A DNA stretch of 64,000 nucleotides, taken from an uncultured delta proteobacterium (GTDB lineage Bacteria > Desulfobacterota > Desulfobacteria > Desulfobacterales > Desulfatirhabdiaceae). Every line of letters starts with the position of its first letter. Within the stretch, counting starts at the first letter, position 1. Below are positions 20,602 to 29,713 of this stretch, one piece after another. Under the pieces are notes generated by a model, which ran no database searches, was not told where the DNA came from, and was given only the letters and a program-made list of their open reading frames with translations. The stretch lies in the NCBI GenBank assembly GCA_963789395.1, contig CAWBKP010000014.1, positions 128,001 to 192,000 of the forward strand, read 5' to 3'. Position numbers and translations under genes: made by a program.

Positions 20602-21156
20602 ATGCAATCAACGAAAGTTAAGGACTTGATGGTGCCGCTTGCCGAGTATGCAACGGTTTCCGAAGACGCCTCGCTGAACGAGGCGATCCTGGCGCTGGAA
20701 GAAGCCCAGAAAAATGTGGAACAAGGCCGTGAAAAGCACCGGGCCATTCTGGTTCTCGATAAAAACCAGCATGTTGTGGGTAAGTTGACCCAGTGGGATG
20801 TGAGTGCCGGGATCGAGCCGAAATACCTGGCCATCGAAAACTTCACGGAAACAACGCGGATGGGATTCGGCCCGGAATATCTCCGCTCGATGATGAAGGA
20901 TTTCGGACTCTGGCGAAAGCCGCTGGAGGATCTCTGCCGCAAAGCATCGGAGATACGCGTCAAAAACATCATGAGCAAACCCGCGCCAGGGGAATATATC
21001 GATGAAGATGCCTCTCTGGATGAGGCCATTCACCTGCTGGTCATGGGGCGTCATCAGTCACTGCTCGTCAAAAAAAATAACAGCATTTCCGGTGTTCTGA
21101 GAATGAGCGATGTGTTCAAGGGGATCTGCGACAAGGTTAAAACCTGCAACATCTGA
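20602..21156 (+). CDS. CBS-domain protein, copy 1
   Basis: KVKDLMVP..VSEDASL and RVKNIMS..IDEDASLDEAIHLL..GVLRMSDV CBS pair. Confidence 0.9.
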   Translation: MQSTKVKDLMVPLAEYATVSEDASLNEAILALEEAQKNVEQGREKHRAILVLDKNQHVVGKLTQWDVSAGIEPKYLAIENFTETTRMGFGPEYLRSMMKDFGLWRKPLEDLCRKASEIRVKNIMSKPAPGEYIDEDASLDEAIHLLVMGRHQSLLVKKNNSISGVLRMSDVFKGICDKVKTCNI

Positions 21157-21263
21157 ACGGGAATTGCTTTGCGCGCGGGCAAGGAACTTATTGAAGACAA
21201 GACGCTGATGAAACTTAAAGAAGATGAAATATATTTTTCGTCACTAATCACAAGGAGTGTTTT

Positions 21264-22730
21264 ATGAGTCACACAGACATATTAGAACCCGGTATTGATT
21301 GGAAAAACATCGCATTCATGCTGCTGGGAGTCGCCTTGTTCACCCTGGTGTACTATTCTCCCGCCTGGCCGGATGTTCTTGATCCGCTGGGGAAAAAATT
21401 TGTTCTCAGCCGTGAGGGGAAAGGCGCCATTGCCGTGTTTCTGCTGGCCGGAACCTGGTGGGTGTTTGAAGTGCTGCCGATCGGCGTCACCAGTATCGCA
21501 ATCGGCGTGCTTCAGGCCCTGTTTCTGATACGGCCTGCTGAAAAAGCTTTTAAAGACTTCATGGACCCAAGCGTCATGTTTATCTTCGCATCGATCATGA
21601 TCGGCCTGGTATTCACCAAAACCGGCCTGACCAAGCGCCTGTCCTACAGGATGCTGATGATCGTGGGTGAAAAAACCAGCATGATCTATCTTGGCTGCAT
21701 GGTGGTAACAGCTGCCCTGACGCACATCATGGCCCATACCGCAGTGGCCGCAACCATCTATCCGCTGCTGATTTCGATTTATTCGCTGTATGGCGAAGGT
21801 GATCAAAAAACCCGCTTTGGTAAAGGACTTTTTATGAGCATGGCATACGTCGCGGGTGCAGGCAGCATCATCACCCTGCTGGGCGCGGCCAGAGGCGCTG
21901 TTGCCGTCGGCTTTTACAAGGACATTGTCGGGACTGAAATTACCTTTTTCAACCTTTCTTATTACATGGCGCCGATTGGCTGGACCATGGTCTTTTTGTT
22001 GTGGGGCTTTTTCATGATATTCTTCAAGCCGGAAAAAGATGTGATTCCCGGTTTAAGAGAACGGGCAACCCAGCTCAATGCCCAGCTTGGATCCATGACC
22101 AAAAATGAGATTCTTGCCGGAATCATCGTCCTGACCTGTATTGTGGTGTTGTCTCTCAGATCGTTTGTTCCCGCCCTGAATGCCCTTGACAAAACCGGCA
22201 TCATTCTGATTTCCACCCTGTTGTTTTTCATCACCGGCATCATGGGCATCGAAGATCTGGAAAATGTGCCATGGAACATCATCCTGCTGTTTTCCGGTGC
22301 CATGAGCATCGGGTTCTGTCTGTGGGAAACAGGCGCAGCCAAATGGATGGCCGTCAACTGGCTGCTTCTGTTCCAAAAAGCCAACTGGTTCATTTTCATC
22401 ATGAGCATTGCCTTTTTTGTGCTGATCATGACCAATTTCATCATGAACGTGGCTGCCATCGCCATATCCCTTCCCGTGGCACTGGTGGTGGCGCCCTACC
22501 TGAAAGTAGCACCGGAAGTCATTTTCTTTGCCGCACTGGTTGCCGCCGGCATGCCGTTTATGCTTCTTGTCGGGGCTGCTCCCAATGCCATTGCCTATGA
22601 CTCCAAACAGTTTACATCCGGAGAGTTTTTTAAATATGGTCTCTTGGCCAGCATCATGCTCCTGGCGGTAATGGCCCTGTTTGTTGCATTTATCTGGCCG
22701 CTCATGGGAATGCCTGTCACCCTCAAATAA
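21264..22730 (+). CDS. SLC13/DASS-family anion transporter, copy 1
   Basis: Highly hydrophobic; KTGLTKRL, IMAHTAVAA, PWNIILLFSGA and LVGAAPNAIAY motifs. Confidence 0.92.
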   Translation: MSHTDILEPGIDWKNIAFMLLGVALFTLVYYSPAWPDVLDPLGKKFVLSREGKGAIAVFLLAGTWWVFEVLPIGVTSIAIGVLQALFLIRPAEKAFKDFMDPSVMFIFASIMIGLVFTKTGLTKRLSYRMLMIVGEKTSMIYLGCMVVTAALTHIMAHTAVAATIYPLLISIYSLYGEGDQKTRFGKGLFMSMAYVAGAGSIITLLGAARGAVAVGFYKDIVGTEITFFNLSYYMAPIGWTMVFLLWGFFMIFFKPEKDVIPGLRERATQLNAQLGSMTKNEILAGIIVLTCIVVLSLRSFVPALNALDKTGIILISTLLFFITGIMGIEDLENVPWNIILLFSGAMSIGFCLWETGAAKWMAVNWLLLFQKANWFIFIMSIAFFVLIMTNFIMNVAAIAISLPVALVVAPYLKVAPEVIFFAALVAAGMPFMLLVGAAPNAIAYDSKQFTSGEFFKYGLLASIMLLAVMALFVAFIWPLMGMPVTLK

Positions 22731-22781
22731 GCACTGATCGTTGATATGCATTGAATAAAACAGCCATCTTTTCAATCTATG

Positions 22782-22847
22782 AACTCACATAACGGAGCAA
22801 TCTCTCAGGCGCGGATTCACGAGATTTCACTGTGCCGCGGAGTCTGA
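22782..22847 (+). pseudogene. 3' remnant of a response regulator paralogous to 26405-26836
   Basis: Translates as NSHNGAISQARIHEISLCRGV*, versus DSHNEKIAQARIHEIALRRGV* in the intact copy. Confidence 0.8.
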
Positions 22848-22917
22848 ACTGATTCCTTCTGAGTCTTTCCAATTCCTATAAGCGGCGTCGGCGGCAGGCG
22901 CTGCTTTCTACCTGACT

Positions 22918-22948
22918 CGGGGCTAAAGGGTATCCCTCTTTAGCCCCG
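22918..22948 (+). terminator. Terminator-like hairpin ending cassette copy 1
   Basis: CGGGGCTAAAG..CTTTAGCCCCG, homologous to the hairpin at 26894-26930. Confidence 0.6.
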
Positions 22949-23107
22949 TGGTCTTTTCAGTAAAGAAGACCGCCATCCAAACGATGTCCATCTTGTATCA
23001 TTTTGTTTCAAACCAAATGATTCTATTTGATTCAATTGGTTTCATGGCGATACATATTTTTCCTGCCACTACCTATCAACATCCCGACATCATAATATAA
23101 GTTAATA

Positions 23108-23123
23108 TGGCACAGGCTTTGCT
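23108..23123 (+). promoter_or_regulatory. Sigma54 -24/-12 promoter (cassette copy 2)
   Basis: TGGCAC-AGGCT-TTGCT. Confidence 0.85.
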
Positions 23124-23204
23124 CTACTGCTCAGGCGGTACTTCGCACTAATATTTAAACCCCTTTTTTCTGGGAGGGGGTGTTCATAGGCGTATCGCGT
23201 CAAA

Positions 23205-23438
23205 ATGCACTTTATGCTTGGAGCAGATGGTTTTGCAGGGTTCAATGATGAGACCCCCTCTCTTTTTACCTCTATTCAGGCCATGAAAAAGGGCGCATTT
23301 GATGAGCTTCATCTTCCCATTGACATGAAAAAGTTGACAAAGCGGATTACCGCCGCCCGACAGCGTCAATATGAAAGGGAAAATGCCAAGAAAACAGGGA
23401 TTCAGGGTAACCCGCAGTATCCGAATGCCAGACAATAA
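23205..23438 (+). pseudogene. Internally deleted copy of the atypical receiver gene 19644-20084
   Basis: SLFTSIQAMKKGAFDELHLPIDMKKLTKRITAAR..RENAKKTGIQ matches only the C-terminal part of the intact copy. Confidence 0.8.
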
Positions 23439-23474
23439 CCGTTTTGAATACAAATAAATCAAGGAGATGAATGA

Positions 23475-23906
23475 ATGAAAATACGCGTGTTGCTGGTAGA
23501 CGATGAAAAGGATTTCATCGATGTGCTTGCAGAGCGTCTGGAGGCCAGGGATTTCACCGCCTTCAAAGCGTACTCTGGAGATGAGGCACTGGGGCTGGTC
23601 CGGGAAAAAGACGTGGATGTCGTTCTTTTGGATGTCCAGATGCCTGTAAAAGACGGCGTGACCGTGCTTCAGGAGCTCAAAGCGTTCAATCCGCTATTGG
23701 AAGTGATCATGCTCACCGGCCATTCCACGGTGGAATCCGCAGTGGAAGGCATGAAGATCGGCGCATATGACTATCTCCTGAAACCAACGGAAACAAAGGA
23801 CCTGGTTGAAAAAATAGCACTTGCCTTCAAGCGCAAATCCGAGCAGGAAAATCGCATCCGGCAGGCGGAAATCGAACGTATCCTGGCGCGCAAGGGCTGG
23901 GCCTGA
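23475..23906 (+). CDS. Response regulator receiver protein, copy 2
   Basis: Near-identical to 20128-20565. Confidence 0.92.
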   Translation: MKIRVLLVDDEKDFIDVLAERLEARDFTAFKAYSGDEALGLVREKDVDVVLLDVQMPVKDGVTVLQELKAFNPLLEVIMLTGHSTVESAVEGMKIGAYDYLLKPTETKDLVEKIALAFKRKSEQENRIRQAEIERILARKGWA

Positions 23907-24028
23907 TAAATTCGCAAAAAATCAACATGGGGCGGCAAATGCCGGTGTCCCGTCTGTTCAAGATTCCGTCAGCATGGGATGAAGCTCAACACTGAGATTG
24001 GACGTTACAAAGCCATCAAAGGAGAAAT

Positions 24029-24583
24029 ATGCAAGCGACGAAAGTTAAGGAATTAATGGTGCCGCTATCCGAGTATGCGACGGTTTTCGAGGACGCCACA
24101 CTGAACGAGGCAATCCTGGCCCTGGAAGATGCCCAGAAAAATGTGGAACTGGGACGTGAAAAACATCGGGCCATTCTGGTTCTCGACAACCATCGGCGTG
24201 TGGTGGGAAAACTGACCCAATGGGATGTGAGTGCCGGGATCGAGCCGAAATACCGGGGGATTGAACATATCACAGAAACATCGCGATTTGGATTCAGCCC
24301 GGAATATATCCGATCAATGATGACAGACTACGGACTCTGGAGAAAACCACTGGCGGATCTCTGCCGTAAAGCCTCGGAGATACGGGTTAAAGACATTATG
24401 AGCAACCCCACCCCCGGGGAATATATCGATGAAGATGCCTCTCTGGATGAGGCCATTCACCTGCTGGTCATGGGGCGCCATCAGTCGCTGATCGTGAAAA
24501 AAGGCGATAAGATATCCGGAATCCTGAGAATGAGCGATGTGTTCAAGGGAATCTGCGACATGGTTAAAACCTGCACACTATAA
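24029..24583 (+). CDS. CBS-domain protein, copy 2
   Basis: Close paralog of 20602-21156; same length (184 aa). Confidence 0.9.
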   Translation: MQATKVKELMVPLSEYATVFEDATLNEAILALEDAQKNVELGREKHRAILVLDNHRRVVGKLTQWDVSAGIEPKYRGIEHITETSRFGFSPEYIRSMMTDYGLWRKPLADLCRKASEIRVKDIMSNPTPGEYIDEDASLDEAIHLLVMGRHQSLIVKKGDKISGILRMSDVFKGICDMVKTCTL

Positions 24584-24720
24584 ACAATGTGAACGCCGGA
24601 ATACGGAAATGAAATGCATTCAATCGGCATCTGCAAAAAACCCGAAGTTATCTAATAAGGATTTTTATCAGCATCGTGCAAAAAGTCTGCACCTGCAGCA
24701 TGTGAAAGGAGTTGGCCGCC

Positions 24721-26253
24721 ATGTCAGAAGAAATTAGAAACCTGCCGGTGGGAGCCGGTTTACACGAGATTCCCGAGGGGATCATGATGGCTTCCAGGAA
24801 AATGGTTATCGACTGGAAAAGAATATTTTTCATCGTTCTGGGACTTACCCTGTTTTTCACCTTTTATTTCATGAACGACCTGCCGGATGCGGTGGATCCG
24901 GCAGGTAAGCACTTTGCCCTGCCTTCTCAGGGAAGGATGGCATTGGGGCTCTTTCTGATGGCGGCCGTGTGGTGGATTTTCGAGGTGATGCCCATCGGGG
25001 CTACGGCCATTGCCATCGGATTTTTTCAGGTCGTTTTTTCGATTCGGCCGGCGGATGCAGCCCTGAAGGATTTTTTCGATCCCTCTGTCTGGTTTATCTT
25101 CGGTTCTGTCGTCATGGGACTCGCCTTCGCCCACTCGGGCCTCACCAAGCGAATGGCCTACAAGATGCTGGGGGTCGTGGGCGAAAACACCAATTTTATC
25201 CTGCTTGGCACGTTTCTTATCGTAGCCGGCATGACCCTGCTCATGGCCCACACCGCAGTGGCCGCAGCCATGTTCCCGCTGCTCATGGCCATTAACTCAC
25301 TCTACAGCGAATCCGACCAGCCCACACGCTTCGGAAAAGGTCTGTTCATCGGTATGGCATGGACCGCAGGCGCGGGTTCGGTTATCACCTTCCTGGGCTC
25401 GGCCCGGGCAGTGGCCGGGGCCGGCATGTTCAAAAAATTCACCGGCGGCACGGAAATCGGCTTCTTCGAACTCACCTGGTACATGCTCCCCTTGGGAGCG
25501 CTCATGGTTTTTCTCATCTGGCTCGTGGTAATTTTCTGCTTCAAACCGGAGAAGGCCCGCATCGACGGGTTGCGGGAAAGGGTCACCCACTTGGCAAAGG
25601 AACTCGGCCCCATGAACATGAAGGAAATATTCGTCCTGGTCATGGTTTCCGTGGTGCTGGGGCTTTTCATGCTAAAATCCTTCTCGCCTATTCCCTTTTT
25701 CAAGAACATGGACCGGGCAGCGATCATGCTGGTGCCTGTCCTGGCGTTTTTTCTTGTCAGAACCCTCGGCGTTGAGGAAATGGAATCCATTCCCTGGAAT
25801 ATTCTGCTGCTGTTCGGCGGGGCCATGAGCATCGGATACTGCCTTTACGACACCAAGGCCGCTGAATGGATGGCCGTCAGCTGGGTGACCTGGTTTCAAA
25901 CAGCCCCCTGGCTGGTCTTTGTTCTGGCCATCGCCTTTCTGGTTCTGTGCCTGACCAATTTCATCATGAACGTTGCCGCCATTGCCATTGCACTTCCCAT
26001 CTCCCTGGTCATCGCAACATATCTGGGCGTGGCGCCCCATGTCATCTTCTTCGCCTCCCTGGCCACCGCCGGCATGCCCTTCAACCTTCTGATCGGCGCA
26101 GCACCCAATGCCATTGCCTATGAAAGCAAGCAATTCACTGCAGGGGAGTTTTTCATGTATGGGTGCGTTCCCAGTTTAATTCTCATGACTTTGCTGTCAC
26201 TCTTCTGCTATTTCATCTGGCCGCTCATGGGCATGCCGGTCCTGCTCAAGTAA
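24721..26253 (+). CDS. SLC13/DASS-family anion transporter, copy 2
   Basis: Same motifs as 21264-22730 (MAHTAVAA, PWNILLLFGGA, IGAAPNAIAY) but more diverged; AAAGGAG RBS. Confidence 0.92.
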   Translation: MSEEIRNLPVGAGLHEIPEGIMMASRKMVIDWKRIFFIVLGLTLFFTFYFMNDLPDAVDPAGKHFALPSQGRMALGLFLMAAVWWIFEVMPIGATAIAIGFFQVVFSIRPADAALKDFFDPSVWFIFGSVVMGLAFAHSGLTKRMAYKMLGVVGENTNFILLGTFLIVAGMTLLMAHTAVAAAMFPLLMAINSLYSESDQPTRFGKGLFIGMAWTAGAGSVITFLGSARAVAGAGMFKKFTGGTEIGFFELTWYMLPLGALMVFLIWLVVIFCFKPEKARIDGLRERVTHLAKELGPMNMKEIFVLVMVSVVLGLFMLKSFSPIPFFKNMDRAAIMLVPVLAFFLVRTLGVEEMESIPWNILLLFGGAMSIGYCLYDTKAAEWMAVSWVTWFQTAPWLVFVLAIAFLVLCLTNFIMNVAAIAIALPISLVIATYLGVAPHVIFFASLATAGMPFNLLIGAAPNAIAYESKQFTAGEFFMYGCVPSLILMTLLSLFCYFIWPLMGMPVLLK

Positions 26254-26404
26254 AGCGGCGCACCACGTCGGGGAAGGTGCTGGCACGCCGGCCGGCCCTT
26301 CCCTTTGACACTGCGACAAAAATTCACCGTGCCAAAGCGGCCCCGTCATTAGAATCCGATAAAACAACAATCTATTCAACGCAATTATAACAGGAGTGTT
26401 TCTG

Positions 26405-26836
26405 ATGAAGCCTGTAATCATGTTAGTGGATGATGAAGTCCCTTTTGTGGAAACCATGACCAAGCGGCTGGGCAAGCGGGATCTGACGATCGTTTCAGCG
26501 CACAGCGGCGCTGAGGCATTAACAAAACTCGGCCAGGAGGATCAGATCGATGTCGTGATCCTTGACGTCAAAATGCCGGGAATGGACGGCATCGAAACCC
26601 TGAAAGAAATCAAGAAAACCCACCCCCTGATTGAGGTGATCATGCTGACAGGGCATGCCACGGTCGAAACCGGTATCGACGGCATGAAGCTGGGGGCATT
26701 CGACTATCTCATGAAGCCCTGCGATATCGAGATGCTGTTGAAGAAAGTCCAGGAAGCCAGGGCAAAGAAAGACTCTCATAATGAAAAAATCGCCCAGGCG
26801 CGGATTCATGAAATAGCACTGCGACGCGGGGTCTGA
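26405..26836 (+). CDS. Response regulator receiver protein
   Basis: MLVDDE, VILDVKMPGMDG, MLTGHA and YLMKP motifs. Confidence 0.92.
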   Translation: MKPVIMLVDDEVPFVETMTKRLGKRDLTIVSAHSGAEALTKLGQEDQIDVVILDVKMPGMDGIETLKEIKKTHPLIEVIMLTGHATVETGIDGMKLGAFDYLMKPCDIEMLLKKVQEARAKKDSHNEKIAQARIHEIALRRGV

Positions 26837-26893
26837 ACAGGAACCTTCCGGACATTGCCGTTTTTATAAGCAGGGTCGAGGCGGAATGCAGGA

Positions 26894-26935
26894 GCGGGGC
26901 CGAAGGGCTTGTTTTCCCCTTCAGCCCCGCGTTTT
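26894..26935 (+). terminator. Terminator-like hairpin ending cassette copy 2
   Basis: GCGGGGCCGAAGGG..CCCTTCAGCCCCGC followed by GTTTT. Confidence 0.6.
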
Positions 26936-26978
26936 GAACGATTGAATCATTTATTGAAGCGTAATGTTCTGCTTTCCC

Positions 26979-27815
26979 TTATTTGGTCGGGATAAAGAAA
27001 AGCTGTTTTCCGGAGAGCTTGAAATCCGTGATCAGTTTTTGCGTTGACGGAAGGGCCATCCAGGCTGAAAAAGCCTTTGCCAGATCGGATTTGACGTTGG
27101 TGCATCTTGCCGGATTTACCTCGATGACACTGTAAAGGTTTTTCAGCATATCATCCCCTTCAACCAGAATTTTAAGGGGTGGATTACCCTTCTGGGTGTC
27201 CTCATACTTGATGTAGGTCCCCCGGTCCGTCATGGTATAGCCATTTCGTTCTGCCGCCATTTGGATGGTTGCCAGCATTCCCTGGCCGGCCTGAACGTAC
27301 CAGGCGTCCTTGTCAGGAACAGCCAGTCCGCTTCCTTTCCATAATGCCATTTCAGTTAAATGGGTTCCGGACTTGTCACCGCGGCTGACGAACAGGCTCT
27401 GTTTGTTCTGAATGGCTGTCAGGGCGTCTTTGACGCTTTTACCCTTGACGCCGGCCGGATCCGTCGCCGGACCGATGATGACGAAATCATTGTACATCAC
27501 CTCCCGGCGGTTGATCCCGAATCCGTCCGCAACGTATTTCTTTTCGGTTGCCGGTGCATGGACCAGCAGCACGTCCGCATCGCAGTTTTCTCCCAGTTTC
27601 AGTGCCTGACCGGTTCCGACCGACACCCACTGAATATCGATACCGGTCTCCTTTACAAAAAAAGGCTTCAGGTAATCGAGCAGGCCCGTGTTGTCCGTGC
27701 TGGTGGTGGTGGCCATCCGGAGCAACTTGGCTTCCTGTGAAACAGCGGGGGTTTGGGATAACATCAGAAAAACAGCAACCAGTGTCAAACATACAGCAAT
27801 TGAATAACGTTTCAT
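26979..27815 (-). CDS. tupA: Tungstate ABC transporter substrate-binding protein
   Basis: Signal peptide; RMATTTSTDNTGLL (TTTS motif), GTGQAL, VMYNDF and SRGDKSGTH; AAGGAGG RBS. Confidence 0.92.
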   Translation of the reverse strand: MKRYSIAVCLTLVAVFLMLSQTPAVSQEAKLLRMATTTSTDNTGLLDYLKPFFVKETGIDIQWVSVGTGQALKLGENCDADVLLVHAPATEKKYVADGFGINRREVMYNDFVIIGPATDPAGVKGKSVKDALTAIQNKQSLFVSRGDKSGTHLTEMALWKGSGLAVPDKDAWYVQAGQGMLATIQMAAERNGYTMTDRGTYIKYEDTQKGNPPLKILVEGDDMLKNLYSVIEVNPARCTNVKSDLAKAFSAWMALPSTQKLITDFKLSGKQLFFIPTK

Positions 27816-27930
27816 TTTCTGCCTCCTTGTGTAGATGTTTCGATATGGTAAGGTTACGGGTTCAACATATTGAAAAAAAGTCAATTCATTCACAGCCCAG
27901 CCGATCTTCTCCGCCTCGTTTGTATTGGGG

Positions 27931-28800
27931 TCAGTGATCATACTGCCTCGCATATTCGGCATCATTGTACAACCCTTCCCCGAACTGATCTTTTCCGAAA
28001 TTTCGAATGACCGTCTGCCCTTTTTCAGAAGCCGCGAAATCAATGAATTGAGCTGCCACGGGCTGTCCGTCAGTAGCGCCTTCCGGTTGGCAGAGTGCAT
28101 GATAGGTGTTGATCAGGACCGGATCACCCCGAAACAATATCTTCAAGTGTTTTATGGACTTGTTCGCCTCACTCCAGGTGCTGCTGTCGGTCATGAAATA
28201 GCCGCCCAGACTATCCGCGTTTTTCAGGGTATCCAGCATGAACCCCTTGGAAATGATGTACCAGTCGCCGGAGGGCGTAGTGCCCGATGCCTTCCAGATA
28301 TCCAGCTCCTTTTTATGGGTTCCGGAATTGTCACCGCGGGAAAGAAATGGCGATTTGGCTTCCGCGATTTTTCCGTAGGCCCGGGCGGCGTTTTGTGCCG
28401 AGGAAATGCCGGCAGGATCTTGCGGGGGGCCGACAATGTAAAATTCGTTGGAGCCGATCAGGGTCCGCTTGATGGCCCATCCCTGCTGCACGGCCAGTTT
28501 TTCCGCTGCCGGCGCATGGACCATGATTGCATCCACCTGTTTTTCTTTGAGCATCTTCAAGGAATCACCGGAGCCTGCCTTTATCCAGCAAAGAGAGGCT
28601 TTCTTTTCCCGGTTGAATTCCTCGGCCAGCGCCTTCAGTAAACCCAGCTCACCAGGGCTCCCGGTGGCCAGACTGAACCGCTGGGTGCCGCTTCCATAGG
28701 TTTCCGTACAACTTTCCTGGGCATGGAGCAACACGGACGTCCCTGGCAGCAGCAGCAAAACAACCCAAATCAGCCAATAATGCAATCCTCTGGTTTTCAT
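27931..28800 (-). CDS. TupA-like oxyanion-binding periplasmic protein lacking the TTTS motif
   Basis: Signal peptide; LATGSPGELGLL, MVHAP, NEFYIVGP..DPAGI and SRGDNSGTH; GAGGAGG RBS. Confidence 0.85.
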   Translation of the reverse strand: MKTRGLHYWLIWVVLLLLPGTSVLLHAQESCTETYGSGTQRFSLATGSPGELGLLKALAEEFNREKKASLCWIKAGSGDSLKMLKEKQVDAIMVHAPAAEKLAVQQGWAIKRTLIGSNEFYIVGPPQDPAGISSAQNAARAYGKIAEAKSPFLSRGDNSGTHKKELDIWKASGTTPSGDWYIISKGFMLDTLKNADSLGGYFMTDSSTWSEANKSIKHLKILFRGDPVLINTYHALCQPEGATDGQPVAAQFIDFAASEKGQTVIRNFGKDQFGEGLYNDAEYARQYDH

Positions 28801-29125
28801 AAAACACCTCCTCGAATGTATGTGCCCAATGTTCATCCGCATTAAAATCACGGATGCTGTTAAGCATATTCTGCTGATTTCTAAGGCGGTACCCGGTTTG
28901 ATGAAATACTGGCGATGTCTTGAAAAATGGTTGGAAACCTTGTAGCGTAAATATTTGTTTATGTCAATGTTGACATAGCGATGATTCAACGCAATTTTTT
29001 TTAGAAAACTATCCATACCAGGCCCTGTCCAACCCGAAAAATGGTTCGTCTATTCAGTTTGGTTCTGGATCCAGGTCAGAAAGGCTTCGGCAGATTTGGC
29101 GTATTTCTGATTCAAACAGGCTTGG

Positions 29126-29222
29126 GTGCTGGGAATGAGCTCGCCGTCGAACTTCACCTATCCCGAGATGAAAAGTGTCGTCGAAGCCGTTCAGACGTCA
29201 GGATTGCGGGACCAGGTCAAAT
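29126..29222 (+). pseudogene. Fragment of a corrinoid (B12-binding) protein
   Basis: VLGMSSPSNFTYPEMKSVVEAVQTSGLRDQVK resembles the B12-domain segment after DxHxxG; the rest is absent. Confidence 0.55.
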
Positions 29223-29428
29223 TCGACCCGGAAAAGCATCGGGCGAACCTTACTGCAGCGGGACGCCGAAGCATTGGCCGCAGGCCTTTCCGTTCATCAG
29301 GGAGAGCGCATCACTCCCAAACTGGATTCGGAAACCGAACGCGCTCACCGCTTCAAGAAATACTTCGTCTGACCGGCTGGATTCTGCTATATTACGCCAT
29401 ATTTTGTTTTCCAGAGGGAGGATCTTTC

Positions 29429-29665
29429 TTGAGTTCAGTAATTATTCAGCCCGGCCATGAACAAATCGATATCGCACTGGGACATAGCCTGATGGAAGCC
29501 GCCCGGGAGCGGTTTCCCCAGGTGGGAAACGCCGAAGGCACAGGCACGCGGATGGTGCTGACTTCCGCCACGGAAAAGCGAAGTGCGGAAGCATTGGCCC
29601 GGCAGATTCATTACCTGGAGCTGGCCGCTCATCCCAGATTCGGACATTTTTTTCCCAGGCATTGA
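29429..29665 (+). pseudogene. Internally deleted ASKHA/RACo corrinoid activator remnant
   Basis: Ferredoxin-like start VIIQPG..GHSLMEAAR fused in frame to the C-terminal QVGNAEGTGTRMVL..ARQIHYLELAAHPRF; GGGAGG RBS. Confidence 0.6.
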
Positions 29666-29713
29666 ACTTTCCCCTGCCCGGGGCGTTATTCTGACGCAAA
29701 AGCGAGGTGTCCA

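Noticed and set aside
27816..28100. N-terminal extension of the tupA ORF
   Set aside because: It overlaps the upstream gene; the RBS and signal peptide place the start at 27815.
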